This document shows positions 30,101-43,900 of a stretch of 64,000 nucleotides of DNA, one piece after another. Source of the stretch: Phoronis australis (taxonomy: Eukaryota; Animalia; Phoronida); assembly GCA_002633005.1 (NCBI GenBank), contig NMRA01000191.1, forward strand, positions 178,466 through 242,465, read 5' to 3'. The notes beneath the pieces are model-generated. The model ran no database searches. It was not told the DNA's origin and saw nothing but the letters and a program-made list of their open reading frames with translations. A program made the position numbers and the translations under genes. Positions within the stretch are counted from its first letter, which is position 1, and each line of letters opens with the position of its first letter.

Positions 30101-31736
30101 AGGAGACATTTTCAGTCCATTTAAAACAGTTGCGTACAATTCACGTTAGTTGAAAAAAAGTAAGCCACAAAACAAGTTTTATGCTTAGTTACAAAAGATA
30201 CTATTTACAATTTCAGGTATATACCAATTTATGCTACAATTGATTTCATGTCCAACTACTGACCAGGAGTGTAATTTAATATTTGACATCGGTTTACCAA
30301 CTGAAACAAATTCGTGCCGAATTCCCCCATCACGAGAGAAGTTGCTCCAAGTAATCAGTAATCTGGTCAGGTACGCAGGAAAACAGTGCACTTTGTCAAA
30401 TTTCATAAATCTTTGCCTACCTTCTGTGTCTGTTCTTTTGTTCAATAAATCTAATTTTGCGCAAGACAACCCTCTGGATTTTATAGCTGTCAGCCTCACT
30501 ATTCATGAACATCTTTAATCACCCAAATAAGCGCTAAATGTTATGAAATTTATAGCACAGTAGCCCACGAAAAATGCTTATTTGCTTCACCAAACCGTTA
30601 GCCGTGTACAACTGAAGCCTAACATACAAACATTTGTGAACATACTGTTATAAATGATAAAACATTTTGGGATGCAGACTTTCCTTGCAGTACTAAATAT
30701 AACAAACCAGGCCCCAGGATCAGTCCCCAAGGGTAGCTCTCGTTGTCGAAAAACATCCTAAACTTCGAAATTTTCTGGTCATACAAGCAAAAACTGCTCA
30801 CGTATTAACACTGTACCATTAAAAATATTAACTTACAAAATAAAGATCCAGAACAGAAAATAAACAGAGAGCACTTGAAAGCCTGGGAACTCCTTGTGGC
30901 AGGTTTTGCAGGACAAGCTGTACAGATTAGACACTAAAGATGAATCAGTAACACGTTACAAACTAACACAAAATTTTGTCCACAAAAATAGTACATAACT
31001 AACATACTGTCATACAAACAGACAAAGACCGTTGACCTAAAAAACTGAACAGAGAACTGTAAATCTCATCAAAGCAATAAGGTAAATTACCACAAAAAGC
31101 ACTTGAATAATTGACTGAAATCCCACATTATTGAGGAATCTGGCTACAATTTAAATGGATTAACAAAATTAACACTGACTAAAACAATGTCTAGTCCCAT
31201 ACAATGGAACAATACTACAAGCTCACCAGAACCCACAAAACTATGAGTAAGGAATGCTAGTAAACAAATTATAAGGACATTATGTAACAGTTCTGACAAG
31301 CAAAAGCTGACATCAAAATCATATCACAGGCTTAGGCTGAATGTGATTGGTAAGTATATACAGAGCTACATCGCCTTCATAAATCATCGAAATGATACAA
31401 CAGTGTCCCTCACACGTCACCATCACGTATACAAACGTATTTATACATCATGCACTTTCAACAATAGTTTCAGGTTTCACAAATTTGCACTGGTGAATTT
31501 CCTTAATAAGAAACAGACAAGACTTTTATGTGACTGACCGGTGATGCTTAATGCACGAACAAACAGAATACTCTTTGATGAGGTATCTTGAACACAAATT
31601 CATAGCACTTGTCATCTTTTGGTAAGAATCCTTACTGCTGACATGTCTTTAAGTATGTCTAGTTATCAACAATCCAAAATTTCAGGCTTAGGTCTGTGAA
31701 TTAATAAACTCTGCAGGAGACTAGTTAAACACCTAT

Positions 31737-31981
31737 CTACTTTGCCTTGTGTTTGCTAGCAGCAGTGGCCCTCATGAAGGAGCTACTAGACTGTGAAGGT
31801 ACAGACACCTTTCTCTCGCTGCTTCCCGTGTGATTGGTGGCTGATTTTGAATTTGGCGTTGAACTCTTCCTGATGGGGACACGCCTCTTATCCATAATGA
31901 GTTTATCGTGACGAACAAACACTCCATGCCTCTTGCGACATTTGAAATAGCGTACGCCCTTGACCGAGCCATCATTTTTAC
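31737..31981 (-). CDS. KIF13B: KIF13 terminal coding exon (CAP-Gly, part 2, stop)
   Basis: GKNDGSVKGVRYFKCRKRHGVFVRHDKL...KHKAK*. Confidence 0.9.
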
Positions 31982-34900
31982 CTTTAATACAAATAAAGTA
32001 GTAAAATTATAATTACACTTTACAATTTAACCTGCAGAGGTCATGCCCAAGATTGAGTTCCAATAAAAGAGCGACGCGGAGCATTAATATGTGCCCGCCG
32101 TGTGCAGCGATGACTGTTTTAAACATAACCACTAAATGAAGTAATACTGGTAAAATAATTTATAGGGAGTGCACAGCAAGTCAGCAATGCTCTCCTCAAT
32201 AGGAACACACCTGCCAAGTTAGTAAAACATTAAAACTGGCAGTGGGTGCACAGTGGTAGTAAGACATGTCCAAACTATGTCATCTGTTGTCGCGTGCATA
32301 GATGATACACTTGCCAAATTTCACAAAGATACTGCAGAAAGAAACAGCTGCGGATGCGAAAAAAAAGCACACTGCCATTAGGGGGCGCCACAGCAGTCAA
32401 ACTGTACAAAAATTCTCAACCATGGTCTTCCCATTAGGAGCACATTAACCACTTTTCATAATGACTCTTAGAGTGGTTTGGTCGATAGAGAGACGGACGC
32501 GAAAACATAATAGGAGGCCTATACCAAGGCAAATCCATCTGAAAATAAAAAGGAGTCATCGCCTCATTACTAGAAACTTATTTGCCAAATTTCATGAAAA
32601 TCCATCACGGAACTTCAAAGATACAGAGGAAAAGAGAAAAAATAAAACTGCCATTTGGGGCACAGCGGTAGACGGACTCATCCAAACGCTGTCGTTAGTA
32701 ACCTTCGTACAAATGCACAAGCCCAATTTAACAAAGATCCTGCAGAGGGTTTAGAAGACACAAGGAGTGCTGCACAGATAACACAAAGATCCTGCAGAGG
32801 GTTTAGAAGACACAAGGAGTGCTGCACAGATAACACAAAGATCCTGCAGAGGGTTTAGAAGACACAAGGAGTGCTGCACAGATAACACAACTGCCATTAT
32901 GTATCACAGTAGGCACCAATCAAAAATTGTCGTCGGCCAATTTTCAAACTCATCCTAAGAATGATTAGATCTACAGAGGCGGATGCCAAAACAGACTAAA
33001 TAGCAATAAAAACGACCACTAGGAAGCGTGCACTACATCAAATACATCTAAAAAAAAATGTCATTGCCGCTTTAATATAGATCAATTTGCCAATTTCATA
33101 AAAATCCGTCCAGGAACTAAAAAGGTACAGAGGAAAATGGAAAAAATAAAACTTCATAGAGGTAGTCGGATCTGTCCGAAAATTGTAGTTACCTGTTGTT
33201 ACCTTCATATAATTACACTTGTCAAATTTAACGAAGATACTGCAGAGAATTTAGGAGCCATGGATGCAAAAAAATCAAAACTGCCACCAAGAGGAGTCAC
33301 TGTAGTTGGAAAATCATTGTCAGCCGTCCTCTTTCTGGTAGGAACATATACGTCAATTTTCATAATCACCCTTATACCAGTTTGCCATATAGAGGGGCAG
33401 ACAGCAAAAAAAAACCCCGGCCACTAGGTGGTGCAAAATAAGCTTAATCCATTCGAAAATGTAAAGGATGCATCATCTTCCTCATAGAAACATGTTTGCC
33501 AAATTTCATTAAAATCGGTTAAGGAACTCCAAAGATATTGAGGCAAAAGTAAAAACGTCAAATGGCCACTACAGGCATACCGCTCGTCGGATCTGCCCAA
33601 AATTTGCTCATGCCATCCCATTCATGACAGGAACATATCTGCAAAATTCCATGAGCATATATTAACGGATTTTTTTGAAGATACAGCACCGGACAATGAA
33701 CGGATGGACAGACAGACATTGATGACGGCATAATGTGCCTACATCATGTAAATATACAGGTGCATAAAAATGTGCATATATTCATAATGATCAAACCTCA
33801 GTACTTCGGTCATCATAGATCATCAACAGCAGATCAATCTACACACAGTAGGAGTCAACACTAAGCAACCAACATGGTCACAAGCCTATGTGACTTGTAC
33901 AAAGATAAAATTCCATGGAGACCTGTGTCTTGAGAATTAGTTGAAGGAGATTCTAATTAAATTATAAGGTTCTCGAGGATTTTGATTAAGTTATTAATTT
34001 AATTATACTTTTCACAAGGATTTCTGTCTGTGTACATCTCGTCCCACATAGTGAATGCAGGTGTTATCCAATATATCTTGTGTATTCAATGAAACATTTT
34101 GAAACTGAATATAGATTGAAGTTAATTGCAAGAACTCACCAGCATAACACGACATGAATGCATGGGGGTACATATAATGCTTTGTTCAATATTGATGAGG
34201 ACTCAATACTGCGACTTCATTTACTGAGATTTTGGAAAGATCTGGGGGGGGGGGTCCAGTATTTGACATTTCATTTACAATTAACTTAATTACAATGACC
34301 ACATAATAAAACAGAAAAGAATGTGGTCAAAGGCCTACATGTAGCATGTGCAAACTGCAGGCACATAGTCGGCAAAAACCTGTCTGGACTACACATAGCC
34401 TGCATAACACCCCTATGGACTACACATAGTCTGCATATGAACTGTATGGACTACACATAGTCTGCATATAATCTGTATGGACTACACATAGACTGCCTAT
34501 AATCTGTATGGACTACACATAGACTGCCTATAACCTTTATGGACTACACGTAGTCTGCATATAACCTGTATGGACTACACATAATATACCTAATCAGAAG
34601 TAAAAGAAATATTGTGACTTCGCTCATAGAGATTTTGGGAGGATATCTAATTCCAATAAGCAGCGATCCCATATCCTTAAAATCATTCGATATCAAGATG
34701 TTGAATTATCATTTCCAATACATTTCACATTTTGTCATACAAAAGAGCTGGCTTTTCCATATTTCAATCCAATTTGACCTTTGACCTCTCTGTTGACCTT
34801 TAGTTTGACCCTGCATCCATAAAATAACACCAGAAATGGACCCTACCCCTCACAAAACATTAGAAATGATACATTGCGCGATCCCATAAGCCATCATGTT

Positions 34901-37900
34901 CAGAAGATGGAAAGTGCATGAAATTCAAGATGGCGACATCAATTGTAAAAAAGTGCAACCAAGTTAATTTTGTTCACCAAACCATATATAATCAATTTCC
35001 AAAAACAATTTACAGTAAACAACAATACAGGATCACCTTTTTGGCTACTAGAGACCATTTGCAGTTATCCCTATTTTCACGAGCACAAAACACATGAAAG
35101 AAGGACTTTGAGACTTGCTGTGGACATTTGCTTTTGACCTCATGAATATGGCGAAACAAAATTATGCTATTTATCATAGCACGTCTATATATAACTAACA
35201 TTTGAGACAAAACAAAATGAACGAGGAATCATTTACAAATAATAATCTTCATAGCTACACCAGATCTCAAATGAACAACCAGCACTGGAGTAAAACGCTA
35301 ACACGTATAGTTTACATGAATATAGTACTGATTTATAAGGAGCGGGAGTGGATATTTTGTGCACTTGTGAAATAGGGACTTATTTTTATTAGGAAAAAAT
35401 ACAACGTACAATAATAAGAGTTAAACCCTGAAAGCGCTAGAAAGCATGAGATCTTGACACAATTGTGACCATTACCCTACCAACTTTACTCAGCCATGCA
35501 GTTTCCACTACACTTTTAGCAACCTACCTTCCGCTTGATCTAGCTCTACCCCAACCCACTGGCCAGCAGCAAAGTCTGTCATCCCCACAAAGTGGACTAT
35601 CCCAGTCTTCAGCTGCCCACCACTGGACGAGCTCACACTAACAGCAACCCCTGGCTTGATCCATGACGGAACGGGGGTGTGATGGAGACGATTCAGGTCT
35701 GCTCGACTACCGAACGAACAAACACTCATGGCCTCATCAGAATCTATAAATTATACAAATGATAATAATTAAAATGTAGAGCCTTGACAAAGGATTGCAT
35801 AACACAAGACACAAATTATTTTAACAGACAATTTCATCAACTCTTGGATGAAAAAGTAAATTTTTGTTGCAAAATATCTTCAATCTAGGAACTAATCCAA
35901 ATTACATAGCTCAACACTGTCTCCTTTGATACATCCCTCAAACGCTTCAACACTGCCCCCTATCAGTGACAAATTTAATTAGTTTTCAGCTTGTCCATGT
36001 ACTTCTGACAATCAACCAGATATTGTTTTAGCATACATCTCAAGTGACACCAATACTGACATACACACAGAGATGTTCAAAAGTTTCACAATGATCCAAC
36101 ATTTTCTGGTCAAACATCACATAGAACACTGACCACCAACACCGGACCTGTAAACGAATGCTCACCAGACAGACGATCGTCTCCATTGTCCTCGGCATTG
36201 TCATGGAAACTTTCCACTTCCTGTTCTAGCTCCATACTGTAGCGTTTCACCTGATCCCTAAGTGCAGACTCCAATATTTGTGATGGCTTGCTGACTGGCC
36301 GGCCGTCCGAGGTGGCGGAACCCACGGAGTCTAAACTGCCTTGAGACATTCTACGTGGACCTAAAATGCAGAGCAGAATAAATTAACCATTGATATGGAA
36401 CATGCATACAAAGGAATTTAATATCATATCCTAGCCCCATATGGCCACACACTGATATCATTAGAACAGCATGAATTGATACACGATTACACTAATATCA
36501 AGAGCCAAGCCTTGAATTTCATATACCTTTAAACTATTCAAGAACATGAGACCAAGTACAGTAAATGTCACAGGAGACTTTTTCAACAAGCTCAAGTGAC
36601 AGTGCAACCCACCTAGTCTTTCTAGTTCTTCCATGGCTTCTTCACTGAAGATGTCAAACTCACTCTGGTCCTGGAAAGGTTTGGGCTCCTCGGCCGGTAC
36701 TGATGTGTCCAGGTTACCCTGTTCATCGTAAACCTTGATGACTTCTCTCTGGAACAGCTGGTTATCGTCAAACTCCTCTTCCTCCTCATCGTCACCATGA
36801 CGCGTCATCCCTCCGTCGACGCTGTCCAACTGCGACGGGTCCATTTGACTCACCAGAGTGTTTGTACTAGAGGATAAGTGAAGTGTATCATTGGCTGAAC
36901 TACAGGATTGCTTTTCCACTGTTGACTCCGAGGACTCATGAATGTGCTTTACTTGACCCATACCACCATCGATGTTGTCATCAATGTTCATACTGCGAAC
37001 GCTGGTTGAATCCTCCGAGGACAACGTCTGTGAGGAGACTGCTTGCGAGTCGTAGCCACTGGACGTCATGCTAGAGGCTGTGTTTTTGGAGGGAACGTCG
37101 CCCAAGCTGTCCGTCGTGGATGAGTGCGGAATGTCGTGCTTATCGGTAATTGCTGAGCTCTCGGAAGACGAGCTCTGGTAAGTTTCAAACTCCTGGAACT
37201 CGTCTGGGTCACCCTGTTGGCATTTTGGTGGAGAGGCTGGTAATGGAACCGCCAGGTCATCTTCGCCCTTTAATAAAATTGACAAGCACGTAAAGAAATT
37301 GGATTTCAACAAAATATTCAACACTTTTAAAAACACAAAAATAAACAACATTATTGGCACATCCGTGCAAACACAAGATAGTCATATTTTCTTTGCTAAA
37401 ACTCAACTGAATAAATGCACTGTTTTAACAGGTGCAGGAAATTACAAGTCACTTTAAACTCAAGGTGAATATCAGGTAATACAGCAGTTCAACCCACCTC
37501 CGAGTCATGATCCAACAGGGGTTTGGTCACTTGTTTCTGCTCTTCCTTCAGGGGCTTCAAGCTGACTGTTGACTTAGGGGTGTCCTTGGACAGGAACCGA
37601 GATGGCACTGTGGAGAAGGAACGTTGACATATTCGAAGGTAACATTAACGCGGGCACAGAGGGCTTGCCAAAGCAACATTCATACAGTCAGCAGCAAGGG
37701 TTAAAAGGTATGAAAGCATGAAAGGACCCATGTGGCGAGTTGCAGAACTATAAAACGGTTCTTCTCTTGAACTGGAAAGCGTGACATGTGTCCATTCATT
37801 CACTATCATTGCTCAGTGCACTCTAACTTAATCATGCATAGAATGCACTAACTGTGGTCAACATTTACACACACACATGCATGACTTTGAGTATCATGTA

Positions 37901-40900
37901 ATACCTCATACACAATAATCATTCAAAATCAAGAAACTTGAATACTGTTTACATTTAAGGTATCATCACTTCAACTCAGCTCATGGCTCATTACTAATAC
38001 AAAGCAAGATGACAAAACCATGGAGACATTTGACATGGGCAATGAAAAGTGTGGGTTGCTCAAATAAGTGACGAGTACAAAATGTGCACCAATGGCAACA
38101 CTTAAACTTAAAGCCACAGACAGCTATTAATTGAAATCTCCAACTTTAAAGCAGTATAAATCAGGTTTGCAAAAGCAAATTTGGCGGAGGCAGAAAATGG
38201 GCTCAACTTGGTTCATAGGAATATAGCGTAAAGATCGAAAAAAAAAATTTTCTAAAGAAAGAAAACCTAACGTGTATTCCTAACCATTATCCCAGACGAC
38301 AATGCTTGCGTCCTTAAAATGTGATACAGAGGAGTGTGGGTGCAACAGATGTCAGGATGGATGCAACAGCACCCTAAACTGAAATGAGCACGGACATTTC
38401 AAAGTGAACGGAAACGGACATAATGACATTGCATTAAGTGAGTTGTAATGCAAAGAATACAAAAATGGAGAAAACTGGGACCAGAGCTCAAGACAATGAT
38501 GGAGTGAAAATGACCAGGCCAGAAGAACTGAAACGCAACCTACAGGGAAAACCATTGGGACGAAACACATATTGAACATAGACTGACCACAACAATGAAC
38601 AAGGTAACAGTGACAACAGTCCTTCAGAACGAAACCTTGGGAAAATGACAAATATTCGGACCACCGTGAACACAATGAAAAGCAGGTTTGCAACTACAGG
38701 GATAAAAAACGACAATCTAAAACAGTTCTTATGTAGTAATTGCTATCTCCTGAATTCCTTCACGACATTTTCAGAAAATTCATTGATGTTCCAAAACAGC
38801 TCATGCGAGAGTTCTTATAACTGTAAATGTAACAAACATTTATAATTCAAGAAGACGATCACATGCACTTCAATAAGTCACTATGGTAGAAATTAGAATG
38901 CTTTCAGCAAAGAGAGCAAAACGGCTGATCATGCGGCCACTTTATGACATCAGGACATGACAGGCAAAGTACAGGCTATTTAATAAAACTGAAGTTTGTA
39001 ACACACGACAAATGCATTGTTATCGCATAGAACAGAAATAAGACAAGTCTAAGAAAACTAACTTTGTGATTAGCATATATTTTGAAAACTTCTGGTTAGT
39101 ACTTAATAACGCCATTAAGCAACATATTATCGCCATTACAAAAGAACATAAAACAAATTCTGGGAAATGCGGCAGCTTTTAAACAAAACTTCAGCAAGGA
39201 TAATAAAGGAAAAGAAAAAATCGAAACTGCTCAACCACCGGCATACTTGACCAAGAAAAAAAACGCCTGGACTTGGCGCATGCCTGAACACAGACAGCAT
39301 GCTCACCGGGTGGCATTAATGAGTATACCCTACCAGTAAAGAGGAGTGAGAGAACGGGAAACGTACGCTTTGATGGGTCGATATCGCCCGGAGCCGACTC
39401 GCTCCGTCTAAGGGGCGAGGGGAACTTGAGCTTCAGGTTGAGAAAGCTAGGGCGAGCTGAAATGAATGGTCGATTGAAAGGTTAACGAGGCTACACTGTG
39501 CAGACGCTGTGCACGTTCAAATGGGAAATGGATGATTAGTAGAGATCCTTTTGTGTATTGCGAACGCTGTGTTTTAACATAATGCTTCGACATCTGCATA
39601 AATTATCATCACAACCTCACCATTAGTAACTTTATCTGTACACCTGCTGGTAACTTGTGAACATGTCAAAACATTGCATCTGCCCTAGTTGCCAGTTTCA
39701 TAAACCTCAACAGTTATTGTCCATTGATACCAAACAGTAACTCCCTGATTTACTTAAGACGTGCCTGTTCACAATAGGTGCGCGTTTGAATGTGCAACGA
39801 AGTTCCCACACACAGCAATGCTAAAGAAGGAAATGGAAAGAAACCTTGCCCAACATTCTGGATCAAATACCATTATTCTACAGTCTCCACAGTTGTCATG
39901 GTAACGGAGGAAAGAAAAGGTGAGAGCATCTGATTTACTCAGAAGGTGAGTTGTCTGAACTGTATGAAAATCATTTCTAGGCAAAAGCTAAGAAAATCAC
40001 CAAGAAATTAGAAGCGTGGAAACTGACATATAACCCAATCGCCGAAAGCATGACCCACAAGATACCGAGTCAGTTATACCTCGTCTACAGGAAATTAGCA
40101 AGTCAAAATACCAAGCGTCAATGAATAATTAAATAAAAAGAGGAACGCAAAGCATTGAAATGCACCCATAACTGCATCACAAACGGTATGCTCAGGAAGT
40201 TTATTAGTATCGTAAAAACGGCCACTAGATGGTGCTGAATACGTAGTTTGTCTGAAAATGGGAAAGTGTCCTCATCTCCAACACACAGCCAAGTAGAAAA
40301 CAACATCCACTAGGTGGCAAAGCAGTAGTTGGATCACTCCATCTGTTGTCAATATCATCAGAACACACTTGGCAATATTCACAAAGATCCTGCAAGGGGT
40401 TTAAGAGATACAGCTGCAGATACAAAAAAATGCCACTAAGGGGTCGACAAAAGTCGAAGTTGTTTGAAAATCAACATAATTTGTGCTCTTGTCACTATAA
40501 ACACATCCACCAATCTTCACAATGAACCTCTGAGCGGATAAAGAGGCAAAACAACGAAAACTTTAAAACAATAATCATGGTTGGTAGGTGGCGCAGAATG
40601 CGCAGAATCTGTCAATTAGTGTAAAGGCACAGTCATATAAATTAAACAGATCTAAGTGGTCAAGCAACTCTACAGAGGCAAATGTGAAAAGACTAAAATT
40701 GCCACTAGGAAGTAGTCAGATCCATCTAAGAGTTGTGGCCAGACGTCACATTCATAGCAAAACACTTGCCAAATTTTACAAATGTCACTGCAGTTAAAAG
40801 AGTTAAAAGAGATACAGCAGTGGATGTAACATTGCCACTAGGGGGCACCACAGTAATCGGCCCTGTCTGAATCAATGCCGCCTGTGATCTTCTTATCAGA

Positions 40901-43900
40901 AACACATCTGCCATATATCCACAATAATCCTGCAAGCGGTTTGGCAGACAGAGATAGACGTCAAAAACAGGCTTGAAAACAATAAAATGGCCACTAGGTA
41001 GTGCTCATAGGTTGAATCCCTCCGAAACTCAAAAAGAATCGTCTCCCTAACAAAAAAAAATTTTCATGAAAATTCATTAAGGTAGTTGGATCTGTTTAAA
41101 ACTCCATCGTCATCTTTATAAGAAAGCATTTGCCAAGTCTCATTAAGATCCTGCAAAGGGTTCAGGAGACACAGCAGTGGATGTCCAGACAGAGATGGCA
41201 GCAATATGCACCCACACCTGTATAGGGTGAGAGCATAAAAATACAGATCCCTGGTTATCTTCAAGATACAATTTTTCCGTGTTATTCACTGTTTGCTTGA
41301 CATTGATTCGCGATCTTAACAACAGTAGCACGTGACTTGAGAGGCTCAGCAAAAAGCACTCATCTTGGTTCTACATTCACTTCCATAAAGCAAACACAAT
41401 GTCCTAATCGCTATTGAACACAGTCTATGTCGGTCATCATCTTTTCTCAATAGAAGTGAATGCAGAACCACTCACTATACAGGCCTTTTGCTGGGGTGAT
41501 TACGTCACTTTCCATTGTTCCATGAATTGTAAATACCCAACAAGGGGAGAGTAATGTTAACACGGAAATATGTAACCACTGATCAGTATATTTATGAAAC
41601 TTTAACATCACAAGCGCTTGCGTTCCCCTTTAAGGTATAATTGTCACTACGCTCAATATAATATACAAGAAACACAAACAACTCACCAATCACGGGTCAC
41701 TGACTAAACTTTTAGAGTCACTTGTAAAAAATTTTATCCTCTTTACAAAAATACTCATTATACCTTGAGTGGTAGTCGGCAAGTGTTACTTTTAGTTCTT
41801 TTCCAAGCTGTCAATTGCGACACATACTGGTCACTTTATAAATAAAGTCCCTGGAGCCTCAAAAGTGACTAAAAGCTATCTGGATCAAAGCAAGATATAA
41901 AAAGAATGAAATGCACTGCGATTGAAAACTGGCGGAAAGCTGCACAAAATTTTTTGAGCGACTAGAATTTTACGACCTGTGAAACTTAATTTACTCCTAG
42001 CGGCGAAGAACAAGACTACATGGCTACCATTGAAGACAGATATCTGACCCGTGTTAGTCGCAAGAACCAAAGTTTTATATTCACATTTTTTCATCTCTAA
42101 TTTATAACCAAATAAATAAAAGTATTATAGTCTCATAGATACGTAATATATTAAGCTAGAACATTGCAAGAGAAACGAAGAAGAAAATACACTTCTGTTT
42201 TGGCTGGAGCAGTTGCAATACTGAAAATTTTTTGACTTAAAGCGAGGTCAACTAATTATGTCATGGGTAAATACTGCAGAGGTTTGCCAAAAAAGTTTGC
42301 CAAGAAAGATTTTCATAATTCAAGAAACTAGAGCGCAGTTACCCGCCACTGTTGTGACCCGTGATTGGCAAGTTGCTTGAACGTTTCCAAACAAAGCTAC
42401 CAAACAAATCTACTGAGTATTTTATCAATTGGAACAAAGTAGGGCACAGATAGGTTTGTGCTGCTTTAATAATTAAACAATTGGGAAACTGCTCCTGCTT
42501 TACATTCCAGACTGACGAGAGTTTTACAGTCACATCAGTAACATTTAACTGTACAGGGGTTACCGGTAACACTCACAGGTGGCACTGGAACTGGCTTGCC
42601 TCTCCTTTTCACGTTTCTTGCTTTCTGACGAGTTGGCTCTCTGGCGGAAGTACTGTTCGGGACTAAACACAGCTGTGGGGCTGGAGGACAAGGAAAGGTC
42701 CTGGGTACTCTCGGCCTTCAGCTGGAACAGGCCATGTAAAACTCAACATGATGGGGGAATATCATCAAAAGCTGGAAACTCAAGGTCATTCAGTAAAGTG
42801 AACAAGAACGAAAACTGATTAACAACATAATCAACTGTGTCAAAAAGTTTACACACAGCTTAATGACTTTCAGTCTCCTAGTGGGGACTTAAGCTGCGAA
42901 AGGCAAGAGCAGAAAACCATCCCCTGATATTTCAGTGCTCTCAAGAACAACTTAATATACTATTTCGATCATTCTGAGAGACAACAATGTCTGATTTAAG
43001 ACCCTCAAAGAGAGAGGCGGACCCCCTGCCCTCCTCCCCTAAATCCGCCTATGAAAAATATATTGTTACATGAAATGCCCAAGGCAATTATATTAGGTTT
43101 CAACAAAGCAGTACAAAGGATCAAGGAAAAAAGAAATTAAGAAACCAGACGTAAGGCAACAAATGAAAATTTCCATTCATTTTCAAGGGCATGCAAGACA
43201 GTCATACACACTTTTGTAAAAGACACGATACACAGAAAAGGCAAGCACAAACAAATAAGCAAACGCTCAAAATACCAACTTGTGTGCGGTGGACATAGAG
43301 CATACTTGAACGCAAAAGTACTCACAAATGTGTAACCATATCAACGTAATATATTTCTTTCAAAACTTGTTCAGTGGAGCATTTCAAAAATACAAACTCC
43401 CCTGTATTTTTAAATTAGAGTACTGAAAAAGGTAATCAAGAAATTAAATTTCTGATTCAAAATATCGTATTTTTAAAAAGTGAGCCTGTCTTTTGTACTA
43501 GAAATGTATATTTTCATTACTTAATTGTAACTGCCTAGCGACGGGAGGGGCCTTCATCGTTAGCTGAGCCAGGTGTGTTGCATTTGAACGTACCTGAGAC
43601 AACAGTGTTTTGGCCGGGGAGTAGGCATCCAGTCGGTAGAGCTAGATTCATTAACACACAAGCAAACAAACGTTAATGTCAAAATGCAACTAGCAGAGAC
43701 ACGTGCACTATGTGCTTCACCTGGAGTTGCTATCAACACAACGGAACTCTATCCTTAATTATTCACCAATTTAGAACACAGGATAACTTTTGTCACTTGA
43801 AAGACATCACAAAAATATGAACATTATTTTAATCTTCCAAGGAAGACTCATTATACATGGTGGCAGCTGAGCGGGTACCCATAATGCACGAGTCAGCAGG

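Noticed and set aside
34385-34583. Regular ~31-bp repeats as a possible CRISPR array
   Set aside because: Head-to-tail units with no unique spacers, no cas genes, and a eukaryotic intron context
39307-39329. Separate 23-nt microexon
   Set aside because: It would need a 37-nt intron and introduces a stop; better explained as an alternative donor of the upstream exon
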